Positions 26,387-35,262 of a DNA stretch of 64,000 nt are shown here, piece after piece (position 1 is the stretch's first letter; each line of letters opens with the position of its first letter). The stretch lies in assembly GCA_042569365.1 (NCBI GenBank), contig JBHPHK010000002.1:10494-74493 (forward strand). Reading direction: 5' to 3'. The notes below the pieces were generated by a model. It saw only the letters and a list, made by a program, of their open reading frames with translations. It ran no database searches and had not been told where the DNA came from. Origin of the DNA: Patescibacteria group bacterium. Lineage in GTDB: Bacteria > Patescibacteriota > JAUYIX01 > JBHPHK01. The translations under genes and the position numbers were made by a program.

Positions 26387-28384
26387 ATGTCGATCAACTG
26401 GAAAAAAAGAATAGCAATCCTTCTCGTAATTTTTCTGGCAGCAGGCAGCGTCAGTTTTTGGAATATGGATTTTACAAACGCGATTTCTGATCCAGAAAAC
26501 GACGAAGACGCCGACATATTTGCGTGTAACGGTGTCAGGGAAGATGCTTTTGGAAAAGCAACTCAGTCGTCTCTAGACGAGCAATGGCCGCCAGCTCATG
26601 TAAGTGGCAAAAACGTTGTCTTTGACTATGATCCAGATGAAATAGCGGGTCGGGCGATGGCAGAAGTAGACGCACCGCGCGCCAGCATTATGACCTCGAG
26701 TCGCATGGGCCAAAACAGCGTCGATGAAAATATTGCCCTATCAGCCTTACCGCTAGTATTTGATACAACTGAAAATGACCAGGGCGATATAAGTTTTTCC
26801 TGGTCTATCGACGGGACGTCAATTATGGGCGTAGTGGCTGGCGCTAGTTCATTAGATTTGCCAGAGAGCGGGGGAGAGCATTGTAGTACAGTTACGCGTA
26901 CGCCAGAAACAGATACAGATGGCGATGGCATGGATGATGCATGGGAACAGCGCTACTTCGTAGATACTGCCGCCTTCGGCTCTATTGCAGAAGTCTTGCC
27001 GGGTGATGATTATGACCAGGACGGCATTATCGCAGATCAGTTTTTAAGTTCAGACTCAGGTCAAGCTCTGATAAACAGTCCGACAACAAGTGTTGGACCT
27101 CCTGGCGACGGCATATTTACAAACTTGGAGGAATATATTTGGGGTACGGATCCAATTGATGCGGACACAGACGATGACGGCTTTATAGACGGAGAAGATA
27201 TTCTTGGTCTTGGTCAGTCGAGCATTGAGCTTGATCCAACAATATTTATTTCAGAAAGCACTAACAGGTTTAACGTTCGTCTGACAATACTAGGCTACTG
27301 GGCGGCGCGTGACAATGAAAACAATCGCATTGCAAAGCTAGATAGCACCGAAGAAGTAGTGATCGTGAGTGAAGAAGAAGACATGGAAGTTAGCTTGCGT
27401 TTAGAAAATCGAACAACACCAAGGCCTGGTGACATTATTAAGGTACAGGCTCAGGTTAGAGACACGCGATCCTTGTCTGACGTCTTAAATTATCGGTGGT
27501 ATGTAAATGGGGTTGAACAAGTTGATGCTAGCGGTGCAGGAGCTCACATTTTGAACTATCCGCTTTCGACAGCGGTCGCGCCAGAGACGAAAGTCGAGAT
27601 CAGAGTAGAAGCCTACAACGAGACCACTGGCGATATTGCAGAAGATACAATATATTTCCAGGTAGGACAGCTTGTAGCATTTGAATACGATCCCGTTAAA
27701 GTCTTTCAGGGAAATGAAATAACTGTCGGAACAATTTTCCCAGACACAATAGAGAAGGACGATTATGTTTTCCGTTGGACGATTGATGGCATCCAGCAAA
27801 AAACCAAATCTGGTTTAGGCCAAGATGAGATTGAGTTTGTGATAGATAAGCCAGAATTTGAGACACATACAGTTGAGCTTGATATCATTCGCCGCTATGA
27901 TAGTACGGTCTTGGCGACAATTAGCGAGGAAATTGGAATAATTTCTCCAAAAGTAACGCTAGTCATTACTCCTGAAGTTATTGCGCCGGGCAGTACAGTC
28001 ACTCTGCAAACTCTGACCCAAGCCTTTGGCTCGACAAATTTAAAATATGAATGGCAAATAGATGGTCAGGATATAGAAGACGCATCATCAAGTATATTGA
28101 GCTTTACGGCTGGAGAGTCTGGAGCGCAGCATATGGCTGAGGTGGTTGTAACAGATTTACGCAGCGATCATTCTATTTCTGCTACTGCGCTAGCGGACAT
28201 ATATGTCAGCAGCACATCTTCCAACGAGGGGAATAGCATCATTAGTCTAGCAGCCAGTCTGCTTGACAGTGCGCCAAAAGTTACGCTTGCCATTACAGGC
28301 TTTATACTGCTTATGATAGCGATCTTTGCTATACTAAGGAGTGTGAGTGCTGGATCTAAACAAACTTCTGTTAAACAATCATAA
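26387..28384 (+). CDS. Surface protein paralog 3 (same architecture)
   Basis: ENDEDADIFACNGVRED, DTDGDGMDDAWE, FTNLEEYIWGTDPIDADTDDDG, and a C-terminal TM. Confidence 0.8.
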   Translation: MSINWKKRIAILLVIFLAAGSVSFWNMDFTNAISDPENDEDADIFACNGVREDAFGKATQSSLDEQWPPAHVSGKNVVFDYDPDEIAGRAMAEVDAPRASIMTSSRMGQNSVDENIALSALPLVFDTTENDQGDISFSWSIDGTSIMGVVAGASSLDLPESGGEHCSTVTRTPETDTDGDGMDDAWEQRYFVDTAAFGSIAEVLPGDDYDQDGIIADQFLSSDSGQALINSPTTSVGPPGDGIFTNLEEYIWGTDPIDADTDDDGFIDGEDILGLGQSSIELDPTIFISESTNRFNVRLTILGYWAARDNENNRIAKLDSTEEVVIVSEEEDMEVSLRLENRTTPRPGDIIKVQAQVRDTRSLSDVLNYRWYVNGVEQVDASGAGAHILNYPLSTAVAPETKVEIRVEAYNETTGDIAEDTIYFQVGQLVAFEYDPVKVFQGNEITVGTIFPDTIEKDDYVFRWTIDGIQQKTKSGLGQDEIEFVIDKPEFETHTVELDIIRRYDSTVLATISEEIGIISPKVTLVITPEVIAPGSTVTLQTLTQAFGSTNLKYEWQIDGQDIEDASSSILSFTAGESGAQHMAEVVVTDLRSDHSISATALADIYVSSTSSNEGNSIISLAASLLDSAPKVTLAITGFILLMIAIFAILRSVSAGSKQTSVKQS

Positions 28385-28388
28385 CCAC

Positions 28389-29525
28389 ATGTCAGTTATA
28401 TCCAAAAAAGTATTAATAATTTATGCAATTGCATTTGTCGGCATAATTTGCTTCGCAACAATTAGTTGGGCTCTTAGTACTCAAGATTTTATTACAGTTT
28501 CAGAAAAGAGGATTGGTGAAAGTGATAGGGGAGTGACATGGGAGTTGACAATCAGTAATGGCAAAGAGAAAGCCGACGATTGTACGACGCCAAGTAACGG
28601 TCTACCTCCTGATCTGTATAAAGTAGTTCCGATCAGTTCAGGAGGATCAATACAGCCCCCTGATAAAAGTGGCTTAATTGTTATTGAGGGGGATGATGAA
28701 ATTGTATCCGGTTGGTCTCTGAGTCGTAATGCAATTCAGGCTCATAATGATGATACAGTGAAGGTTTTAGTTCTAGGTGAGTCGGCTAAGTTTTACGTAC
28801 AGATCTATTGTTGGAAAGAAGGAATGGCTACTGTAGATGAATACTTTAACGTTATGAACGATGCTTATTTCTTTGATGGCAATGAAGAAATCAATGACAG
28901 TGTTACTGATAAAAATTCAATGGAAATCGAACTCCTGGGCGTTAATATAAATGACCAAGATGGTGATCAATTAAGGGATGAGGATGAAAAGAGTGATCGT
29001 TGTCCGCACATCTTAATTCCGGACAGTGATGGAGATGGATCAAAAGACGGAAATGACAGTAGTGGTCCTTGTATTAACACCAATTACACTAATAGTCCCA
29101 ATATAATCTACGGCAGTAAAGATGAGTGTACGACGGCAATAGGCGATCGTGCTAATGACGATCCGCCATCTGTCTGCTATGCGCTAAGTGGCATTGATGG
29201 CAAGACTTATTACCGTGAAGGAAAGCCTTCAGGTGTGAATAGTTCTATTGATCCTGAGAGCTTGGATGTAAGCGGATGGGATCCAGACTTAACACCTTTT
29301 AGGGCATTAATTGGCACATATTATAATATTGCAATTTCTTTTGGTGCTTTGGCGGCAATTATAATGATTATTATAGGCGGTTATCAATATGCTACTGCGG
29401 CGGGTAATCAAGCGCGCATATCCCAGGCAAAAACAACTATAAACTATGCATTACTAGGACTTGCAGTTGTGATCTTGGCGGCAGTCTTCTTAAATCTTGT
29501 TAATCCCGCTATCATCGGCGGATAA
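28389..29525 (+). CDS. Extended T4SS pilin (VirB2/TrbC-like C-terminal domain) with Cys-rich, Ca-binding extracellular N-domain
   Basis: C-terminal IMIIIGGYQYATAAGN..ISQAK.TI.YALLGL pilin hairpin. DQDGDQLRD and DSDGDGSKD repeats. Has a signal peptide. Start reassigned to the ATG at 28389. Confidence 0.82.
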   Translation: MSVISKKVLIIYAIAFVGIICFATISWALSTQDFITVSEKRIGESDRGVTWELTISNGKEKADDCTTPSNGLPPDLYKVVPISSGGSIQPPDKSGLIVIEGDDEIVSGWSLSRNAIQAHNDDTVKVLVLGESAKFYVQIYCWKEGMATVDEYFNVMNDAYFFDGNEEINDSVTDKNSMEIELLGVNINDQDGDQLRDEDEKSDRCPHILIPDSDGDGSKDGNDSSGPCINTNYTNSPNIIYGSKDECTTAIGDRANDDPPSVCYALSGIDGKTYYREGKPSGVNSSIDPESLDVSGWDPDLTPFRALIGTYYNIAISFGALAAIIMIIIGGYQYATAAGNQARISQAKTTINYALLGLAVVILAAVFLNLVNPAIIGG

Positions 29526-29536
29526 ATTATTAAAAT

Positions 29537-30721
29537 ATGCGTTCTCGAATTCTCATTATTATTAGCGTCATCCTTTTGGTCTTAATTTTGGCCGGAGTTG
29601 GTCTGTACCTACTTTTTTCTAACGGTGACGTAACTACACCTGCGGAAAATGAAGGCAATGGTCAGGTAGGTCTGACAGAATATGGAACACAAGCCTTGGC
29701 AGCCCTTGAGGATCCGAAACAACTACCACCCCTGACTAAATTAAATGATCTGCCGAGTAATTATCTGAGCTATGACAATAAAGAGAAGCAGTTGATTTAC
29801 TACAACAATTCAGCTGAGCAAATATTTGCTTCAAATTTGCTGGGATATGGCCAATCTGCGCGTTCTGACGAATTAAGCAATTTGACAGACATGGTTTGGT
29901 CGGCAGATAGAAATAAAGGCTTGCTCTTTTTCCAGGCAAGTGAGGGTAGTCCATTTCGCGCCTATATTTTTGATAACGAAACTCTGGAAACCAAAGAAAT
30001 TAAAGGCTATTACTCGAGTCTTACTTGGGCGAATGACTCGCGTTACCTAATCGGTTATCGTATTGGAGCTGCGGACGATGCAGCTACAGGCATTGTTAAA
30101 ATCAATAGAGAAACATTAGCGGAAGATGTTTTGTACGAAAGCGACCTGGAAGGCGTTCAGGTTCTATCTTACGGCGAAGATATTTTATATTATCTCAAGA
30201 CCGAAAGTCTGCGTCGCAGTAGCTTGTACCTCTTTGATACGTCAGCCAAAAAATCAACAGAACTTATATCCGGCTATTATAATTTTGAACCATTACTTTC
30301 GCCAAATGAAAACAAATTAATCTTTACTGGAAATACAGATGCTAATGATAAGCCTACGCTTCAGTATAAAGATTTAAGTAACGCAAGCAGTAAAGTATTT
30401 AGTCTTAATGTGGAAACATTTGCTAGCAAGTGTGCCTGGAATAGTGCTAGTACGGCAATCTACTGCGCTGTGCCGACAAGTTTGCCGATTAGTCAGACTC
30501 TCTATCAGGATTATCTTGATGCTAAGTTGAACAACTTAGATGCGATCTGGAGAATCAGCAGTGAATCTTTCGATGTAGAACAAATTATACCCGCACAAAA
30601 AATGTATGAAATTGATGCGCGTTATATGGTCGTTGGGAAAGATGACGCAACATTATATTTTATTAATCGTAGGGATGCCTATCACATTTGGGCTGTCAAT
30701 CTACATCTCTTAGAAGTTTAA
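29537..30721 (+). CDS. Membrane-anchored beta-propeller (TolB/WD40-like) protein
   Basis: N-terminal TM and blade motifs WSADRNK, WANDSRY and LSPNENKLIF. Also KCAW...IYCAVP. Confidence 0.75.
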   Translation: MRSRILIIISVILLVLILAGVGLYLLFSNGDVTTPAENEGNGQVGLTEYGTQALAALEDPKQLPPLTKLNDLPSNYLSYDNKEKQLIYYNNSAEQIFASNLLGYGQSARSDELSNLTDMVWSADRNKGLLFFQASEGSPFRAYIFDNETLETKEIKGYYSSLTWANDSRYLIGYRIGAADDAATGIVKINRETLAEDVLYESDLEGVQVLSYGEDILYYLKTESLRRSSLYLFDTSAKKSTELISGYYNFEPLLSPNENKLIFTGNTDANDKPTLQYKDLSNASSKVFSLNVETFASKCAWNSASTAIYCAVPTSLPISQTLYQDYLDAKLNNLDAIWRISSESFDVEQIIPAQKMYEIDARYMVVGKDDATLYFINRRDAYHIWAVNLHLLEV

Positions 30722-30745
30722 CGCTTGAGACAAGTCAGGTTTGTT

Positions 30746-30777
30746 AAAAAGAGCTGGTGTATTAAACTAGCTTTTTT
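30746..30777. terminator. Bidirectional intrinsic terminator ending T4SS operon and recG
   Basis: AAAAAGAGCTGGT/ACTAGCTTTTTT stem between convergent genes. Confidence 0.7.
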
Positions 30778-30826
30778 AAAAGGATGCATTGAAAAAGAAA
30801 TGAGCAAATGAAAAAACTCCCTTGTG

Positions 30827-32905
30827 TTACTCGAGATGAATCTTCTTGATTTTACGCTCTATGGAAGTTTTTAATCGCTTGTGTTTTGTCAGTAAAGGGT
30901 CCTCCTGCAAAAGAAGATCAACAGATTTCTTTGCACGCTTTAGGAGTGTTACATCACTAAGGTTTGCAAATTTTAGTTCGGGGAGACCGTGTTGACGGGT
31001 GCCGAAGACTTCTCCTGGTCCACGCAGTTCAAGGTCTGTCTCTGCTAGCGCAAACCCATCATTGCTGGTTGTCATAGCATTGAGGCGAGTTTTGGATTCT
31101 CCTGTTGGTTTTTTAGTTGGAACCAAATAACAATAAGATTGCATGTCGCTTCGACCAACTCGACCCCGGAACTGATGAAGCTGAGCTAGGCCAAATCTCT
31201 CGGCGCCTTCGATAAGCATAATGGTCGCATTGGGCACATCAACGCCAACCTCCACGACAGAGGTCGCGACCAAAACATCAAACTGTTTATTCATGAAGTC
31301 TTGCATGATAGATTCTTTTTGGGGAGATTTCATGCGGCCATGAAGTGTTTCAATTCTTGCCTTGGGCAGGCCCTCTTTTCGAAGTAGCTCTACAACAGAT
31401 TCCACAGACTTTGTTTCTAGTTTTTCAGAATCCTCAATCAAAGGACAGACTACAAAAACTTGTTCGCCAGCCTTGATTCTTGTTTGGACAAAATCGTACA
31501 TATCTTTTTTGGCATCAGCTTCAGTGATCAGATGAGTTTCGACAGGTTTTCTGTTCTTAGGGAGCGTCTTAATAAGTGAAAGATCAAGATCGCCATAAAC
31601 AGCGAGTGCCATGGTACGGGGGATTGGAGTGGCGGTCATAGAGAGAAGGTGAGGGAAACGACGCGGAACTTTTTCTTTGAGAAGACGACGCTGCTCAACG
31701 CCAAAACGATGCTGTTCATCAACGATAAAAAGGCCGAGCTGATGGAATTTCACATCAGGTTGGAGCAGGGCATGGGTCCCGATGATTAGGTCGACTGTGC
31801 CGATTTCCAGTTCGCGGAGCATTTGATCGCGCGTAGCTCGTTTATTGATAAAGCGTGCTTCACCACCGACCAATAAGCCAATCGAAAGTTGGAAAGGTGC
31901 GAGCAATAAGCGCAAAGTCTTGAAATGTTGGCGTGCCAGGATTTCAGTGGGCGCTATTAACGCTGTCTGCACTCCGCCACGAACTGTATTGAGGAGTGCG
32001 CCGGCCGCGACAGCAGTTTTACCAGAGCCGACATCGCCTTCGATCAAGCGATTCATAGGATGTTTCTTTTCCATGTCTTGTAAGACCTCCCATAGAGTCT
32101 TCTTTTGATCATCAGTTAGTTCGTAAGGAAGTTGGCTTGTGTAAGAACGCATCAGCGCATTGTCAGTCGGAATCGGAAAAGATTTTTGTTTTTTGAGAAG
32201 CTCTTTGACCTGTTGCGTGTAAAGCTGAATTGTAAATATTTCTTCGAAGGCCAGTCTTTGACGTGCTTCTTGAAGTTTCTTGTCAGTAGTCGGAAAATGA
32301 ACCTCTTTTACGGCTAGGTGATAAGAGGATAGCTTCTGTTGCTTGACGATAGTGTCTGGAAGAAGGTCTTTGAGCTGGGTAGCTAAAGGTAGCGCTTGTT
32401 TGATCCAATAACGTATTTGACGCTGCGTTAGGCCGCGTGTGAGGGGATAGACGGGCGTTATCCGACCCGTATGGGTTTGAGCTGATGTACTCGCCTGAAC
32501 CTTTTCATAAGCCGGGCTCTGGATATAGACACCTCTTTTACCGGTGCTAATTTTCCCGCTTAAAAAAACTTTCGTGCCGGGAGGCAGGTTTTTTGTGACA
32601 TACGGTTGGTTGAACCAAACTATGCGCAGGCGTTCAGTGCCATCTTTGATCCAGCCCTCTTGAATCGTCATGTTGCGTTTCCAGGCGCGACGGTTGTTTA
32701 TCTTTTCTATCTCACCCGTGACGGTGACCTGCTCCGCGATCATAATTTCAGAAAGAGGAGTGGTCTTGGAAAAGTCATCGTAGCGACTTGGATAGTGTGT
32801 CAATAAGTCGGCGACACTTTCAATACCAAGATTGCCAAGAGCAGCGCCTGTTTTTGGGCCAACTCCGGCGATCAGTTCAACGGGATCTGTGAGTTTGAGT
32901 GACAT
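30827..32905 (-). CDS. recG: ATP-dependent DNA helicase RecG
   Basis: Wedge OB-fold (WFNQPY), GDVGSGKT, DEQHRFGVEQR, MTATPIPRT, AQLHQFRGRVGR and DLELRGPGE. Confidence 0.97.
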   Translation of the reverse strand: MSLKLTDPVELIAGVGPKTGAALGNLGIESVADLLTHYPSRYDDFSKTTPLSEIMIAEQVTVTGEIEKINNRRAWKRNMTIQEGWIKDGTERLRIVWFNQPYVTKNLPPGTKVFLSGKISTGKRGVYIQSPAYEKVQASTSAQTHTGRITPVYPLTRGLTQRQIRYWIKQALPLATQLKDLLPDTIVKQQKLSSYHLAVKEVHFPTTDKKLQEARQRLAFEEIFTIQLYTQQVKELLKKQKSFPIPTDNALMRSYTSQLPYELTDDQKKTLWEVLQDMEKKHPMNRLIEGDVGSGKTAVAAGALLNTVRGGVQTALIAPTEILARQHFKTLRLLLAPFQLSIGLLVGGEARFINKRATRDQMLRELEIGTVDLIIGTHALLQPDVKFHQLGLFIVDEQHRFGVEQRRLLKEKVPRRFPHLLSMTATPIPRTMALAVYGDLDLSLIKTLPKNRKPVETHLITEADAKKDMYDFVQTRIKAGEQVFVVCPLIEDSEKLETKSVESVVELLRKEGLPKARIETLHGRMKSPQKESIMQDFMNKQFDVLVATSVVEVGVDVPNATIMLIEGAERFGLAQLHQFRGRVGRSDMQSYCYLVPTKKPTGESKTRLNAMTTSNDGFALAETDLELRGPGEVFGTRQHGLPELKFANLSDVTLLKRAKKSVDLLLQEDPLLTKHKRLKTSIERKIKKIHLE

Positions 32906-33034
32906 GAGCTTTAATTATAACGCGGATTTCCTGGTTTCAGAAGTAGAAAAACCATCAAAATAAGTGGCCCACCATCCCCCTCCCGTCCACCCGCAGCTTA
33001 GCATGAACAGCATTAAATAATTATTAAGGCAAAC

Positions 33035-33056
33035 AAAAAAGCGCTGATGTGCGCTT
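33035..33056 (-). terminator. Intrinsic terminator after cupin gene
   Basis: AAGCGC/GCGCTT stem with a T-run on the minus strand. Confidence 0.55.
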
Positions 33057-33069
33057 AGTTGTTAGTTAG

Positions 33070-33465
33070 TTATTCACTAGTCTTCCCGTCGAAATGCTCG
33101 TCGTCTGCTTCAGCCGCTGCTTTAGTAGCATGTAAGACTCCATCAGCATGTTCTGGTGGAGAGTAAATTGTATAGAGCTTGAGTGGTTCATCACCGGTAT
33201 TGATTACATTATGATCTGCACCCGCAGGAACCGTAACAGAAATGCCATCTTCCAGCGTATATTCATTACCGTCGATAATTGCTTTGCCGGTGCCGGCTTC
33301 AACGCGGAAAAACTGGTCATGATCATCGTGAACTTCGGCGCCAATCTCTTCTCCAGCCTGCAAACTCATCAAAACGAGCTGGCTTTGTTTCGCCGTATAA
33401 AGAACTTTACGAAAATTATCGTTGGCGAGTGTTTCTTTCTCAAGATTAATAGAAAAACCTTTCAT
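33070..33465 (-). CDS. Cupin-domain protein
   Basis: EIGAEVH..HDQFFRVE.G.G and VPAGADHNVIN...LKLYTIYSPPEH. Confidence 0.92.
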   Translation of the reverse strand: MKGFSINLEKETLANDNFRKVLYTAKQSQLVLMSLQAGEEIGAEVHDDHDQFFRVEAGTGKAIIDGNEYTLEDGISVTVPAGADHNVINTGDEPLKLYTIYSPPEHADGVLHATKAAAEADDEHFDGKTSE

Positions 33466-33500
33466 ATAATGTATTTAGTTATTTAGATATTTATTATAAC

Positions 33501-33523
33501 AAAAAACTGCACACTGTGCAGTT
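33501..33523 (-). terminator. Intrinsic terminator after HD-domain gene
   Basis: AACTGCAC/GTGCAGTT stem with a T-run on the minus strand. Confidence 0.65.
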
Positions 33524-33536
33524 CCTTTCTCAAAAC

Positions 33537-34490
33537 CTAAAGTTGATAACCCATATCCTGGGCTAGCTCTTCAAAAGTCATTGTCGCCCTTCTTTCTGCT
33601 GATTCTTGTGCGCCGGCAATTGACTCGTCAAATTTATTGAACAATTCGCGCAACGCAGTTTGTGATTTAAAATTAAGCATACTTGGCAGTTCTTCGGATA
33701 GTAGCGTTTTTCGGCCAAGGGAAAAATTAGCCTGCGATTCGGTCCACTGCTGCATCCTTACTTTATAAAAAACTTTTTGTTCCTCAGTTAGGGATATATT
33801 TTCTCGGAAAGCCTTAGCAATATCTAAATTCTCTTCTCGAAAAAGCGCATCACCTTCATTTTTGAAGGCCTCCGCACCGTCCATGCCGGCTCCGCCCAGG
33901 TCAGCTAGAGCGAGCGCATAAGAAATAATCTGTGAATCAGGCTTGAGATTAGGCTGAATTACTGTTTGATGCTCCACATCATAGCCGGGCACTGTTGCCA
34001 TGATTCCTTCGGCGACAATATTCTTGTCGGCTTCAGAAAATATTTCAAGCCCCGCCTCTTTATTGGCCTTATCCAGCTTAGCGACGCCAAGTTCAGCACT
34101 AGTGGCTTCGTTGTGACTAGCCCGTCTCTGGCGAAAGATAATCTTATCATCAAAGCCGGGAAAATCCTTTTCAGCAGGATCCCATTCTTGCACTGTATCA
34201 TGTTGCGAGGCAGTATAACGTCCCAGCTGCAGCGTGTACGCATCAACGATTTCTGGCTGATGCTTCTGGATCGTTTTCAAAATTCTTTCTGTGCGATCGA
34301 TTACTGCTAGCGTATGCCTGCTATTATGAAAATCAAGGTTATCCTCAGGATTTTCGTTGTGCTCAAACTGATCAGCTAGTTCTCCAAGAGTGCTTTCAAT
34401 CTGAGTTTCAATAACTTCATTAAAAAGACGCTCTGATCGCTCATGTTCCAGAGAGTGTTCAATGCTATGTGCAGAATCAACGGCAGCCAT
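33537..34490 (-). CDS. HD-superfamily metal-dependent phosphohydrolase (PDE-like)
   Basis: FHNSRHT, QHDTVQ (HD), NE..SA, IMATVP, ALADLG and LFREE. Confidence 0.72.
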   Translation of the reverse strand: MAAVDSAHSIEHSLEHERSERLFNEVIETQIESTLGELADQFEHNENPEDNLDFHNSRHTLAVIDRTERILKTIQKHQPEIVDAYTLQLGRYTASQHDTVQEWDPAEKDFPGFDDKIIFRQRRASHNEATSAELGVAKLDKANKEAGLEIFSEADKNIVAEGIMATVPGYDVEHQTVIQPNLKPDSQIISYALALADLGGAGMDGAEAFKNEGDALFREENLDIAKAFRENISLTEEQKVFYKVRMQQWTESQANFSLGRKTLLSEELPSMLNFKSQTALRELFNKFDESIAGAQESAERRATMTFEELAQDMGYQL

Positions 34491-34507
34491 ATTTAGAGTA
34501 GTTATTA

Positions 34508-34584
34508 TGGTGTGCCCGGCAGGATTCGAACCTACGACCTCAAGCTCCGCAAGCTTGCGCTCTATCCAACTGAGCTACGAGCAC
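34508..34584 (-). tRNA. tRNA-Arg (GCG)
   Basis: Cloverleaf GTGCTCG...CGGGCAC-A-CCA. Anticodon arm CAAGC-TTGCGGA-GCTTG. T-loop GTTCGAATC. Confidence 0.95.
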
Positions 34585-34645
34585 GAAATTTGGATGAATA
34601 AAATCCGCATCTAAGACTGACACGGATCAGCTAAAATGTCAAATA

Positions 34646-35155
34646 TTAGAAACGTAAGATGCGTGCGATCGTGTCAGTCGTATCCTCATCCATATCCATG
34701 TCTTCATGCAAATATTCTTTAAGAATATCGCGGATTTTACTTGGGTCTTCATCAGCTAGTTCAATCGACATAACAGTTGCCAGCTTTTTCTTCATTTGAA
34801 AGTTTAGTTTCTTCAAAGAAGGTGGGTCATACAAGACCCAAAACTTTTCAATGTCTTTATAGAAATGTTTGTTGTCTCCAACTTGAATGCCGTATTCATG
34901 GATGCTGAAAGGAATGACTTGAGGCTTGCGTTGAGCTAATACCAGCCAAACAACCGCACCAATAAAGAAAGCGATCGCAGCAACGTAATATCCCAAGAAG
35001 ATCATCAAAGCGATCAAGAAGGCAGCGATCAAACCAAAAATAATAAACCAGTTGCGACCGCGCTGCATCTCCATGAATTCCGGCGCTTCCCAACCGCTAA
35101 TTTCTTTTCCAAGATTTATTTCGTTTTGATTTGTTTCTGTATTATCTTTTGCCAT
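34646..35155 (-). CDS. Conserved membrane protein (2 TM + PH-like domain)
   Basis: WEAPEF...R...WF, two TM segments, then GIQVG....YKDIEKFWV and an acidic C-terminal helix. Confidence 0.75.
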   Translation of the reverse strand: MAKDNTETNQNEINLGKEISGWEAPEFMEMQRGRNWFIIFGLIAAFLIALMIFLGYYVAAIAFFIGAVVWLVLAQRKPQVIPFSIHEYGIQVGDNKHFYKDIEKFWVLYDPPSLKKLNFQMKKKLATVMSIELADEDPSKIRDILKEYLHEDMDMDEDTTDTIARILRF

Positions 35156-35262
35156 TTTATATAAAAATTATTTGTTTCGCTATATTTAAGAGTATATCAC
35201 AAAGCGGCTTCTCGTGTGGGGAGAATTAACCTTTATTTTAAGGCCTTAAAAACTAATTTAAG

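Noticed and set aside
22800-27200. Repeated DxDxDG / GTDP coding segments as CRISPR or DGR template/variable repeats
   Set aside because: Similarity is mainly at the protein level with synonymous divergence. There is no regular repeat-spacer period, no adenine-specific mismatch pattern noticed, and no reverse transcriptase or cas gene.
12747-30721. T4SS genes as an integrative conjugative element
   Set aside because: No integrase, relaxase or flanking direct repeats are visible, and the block is bounded by housekeeping genes rsmA and recG.
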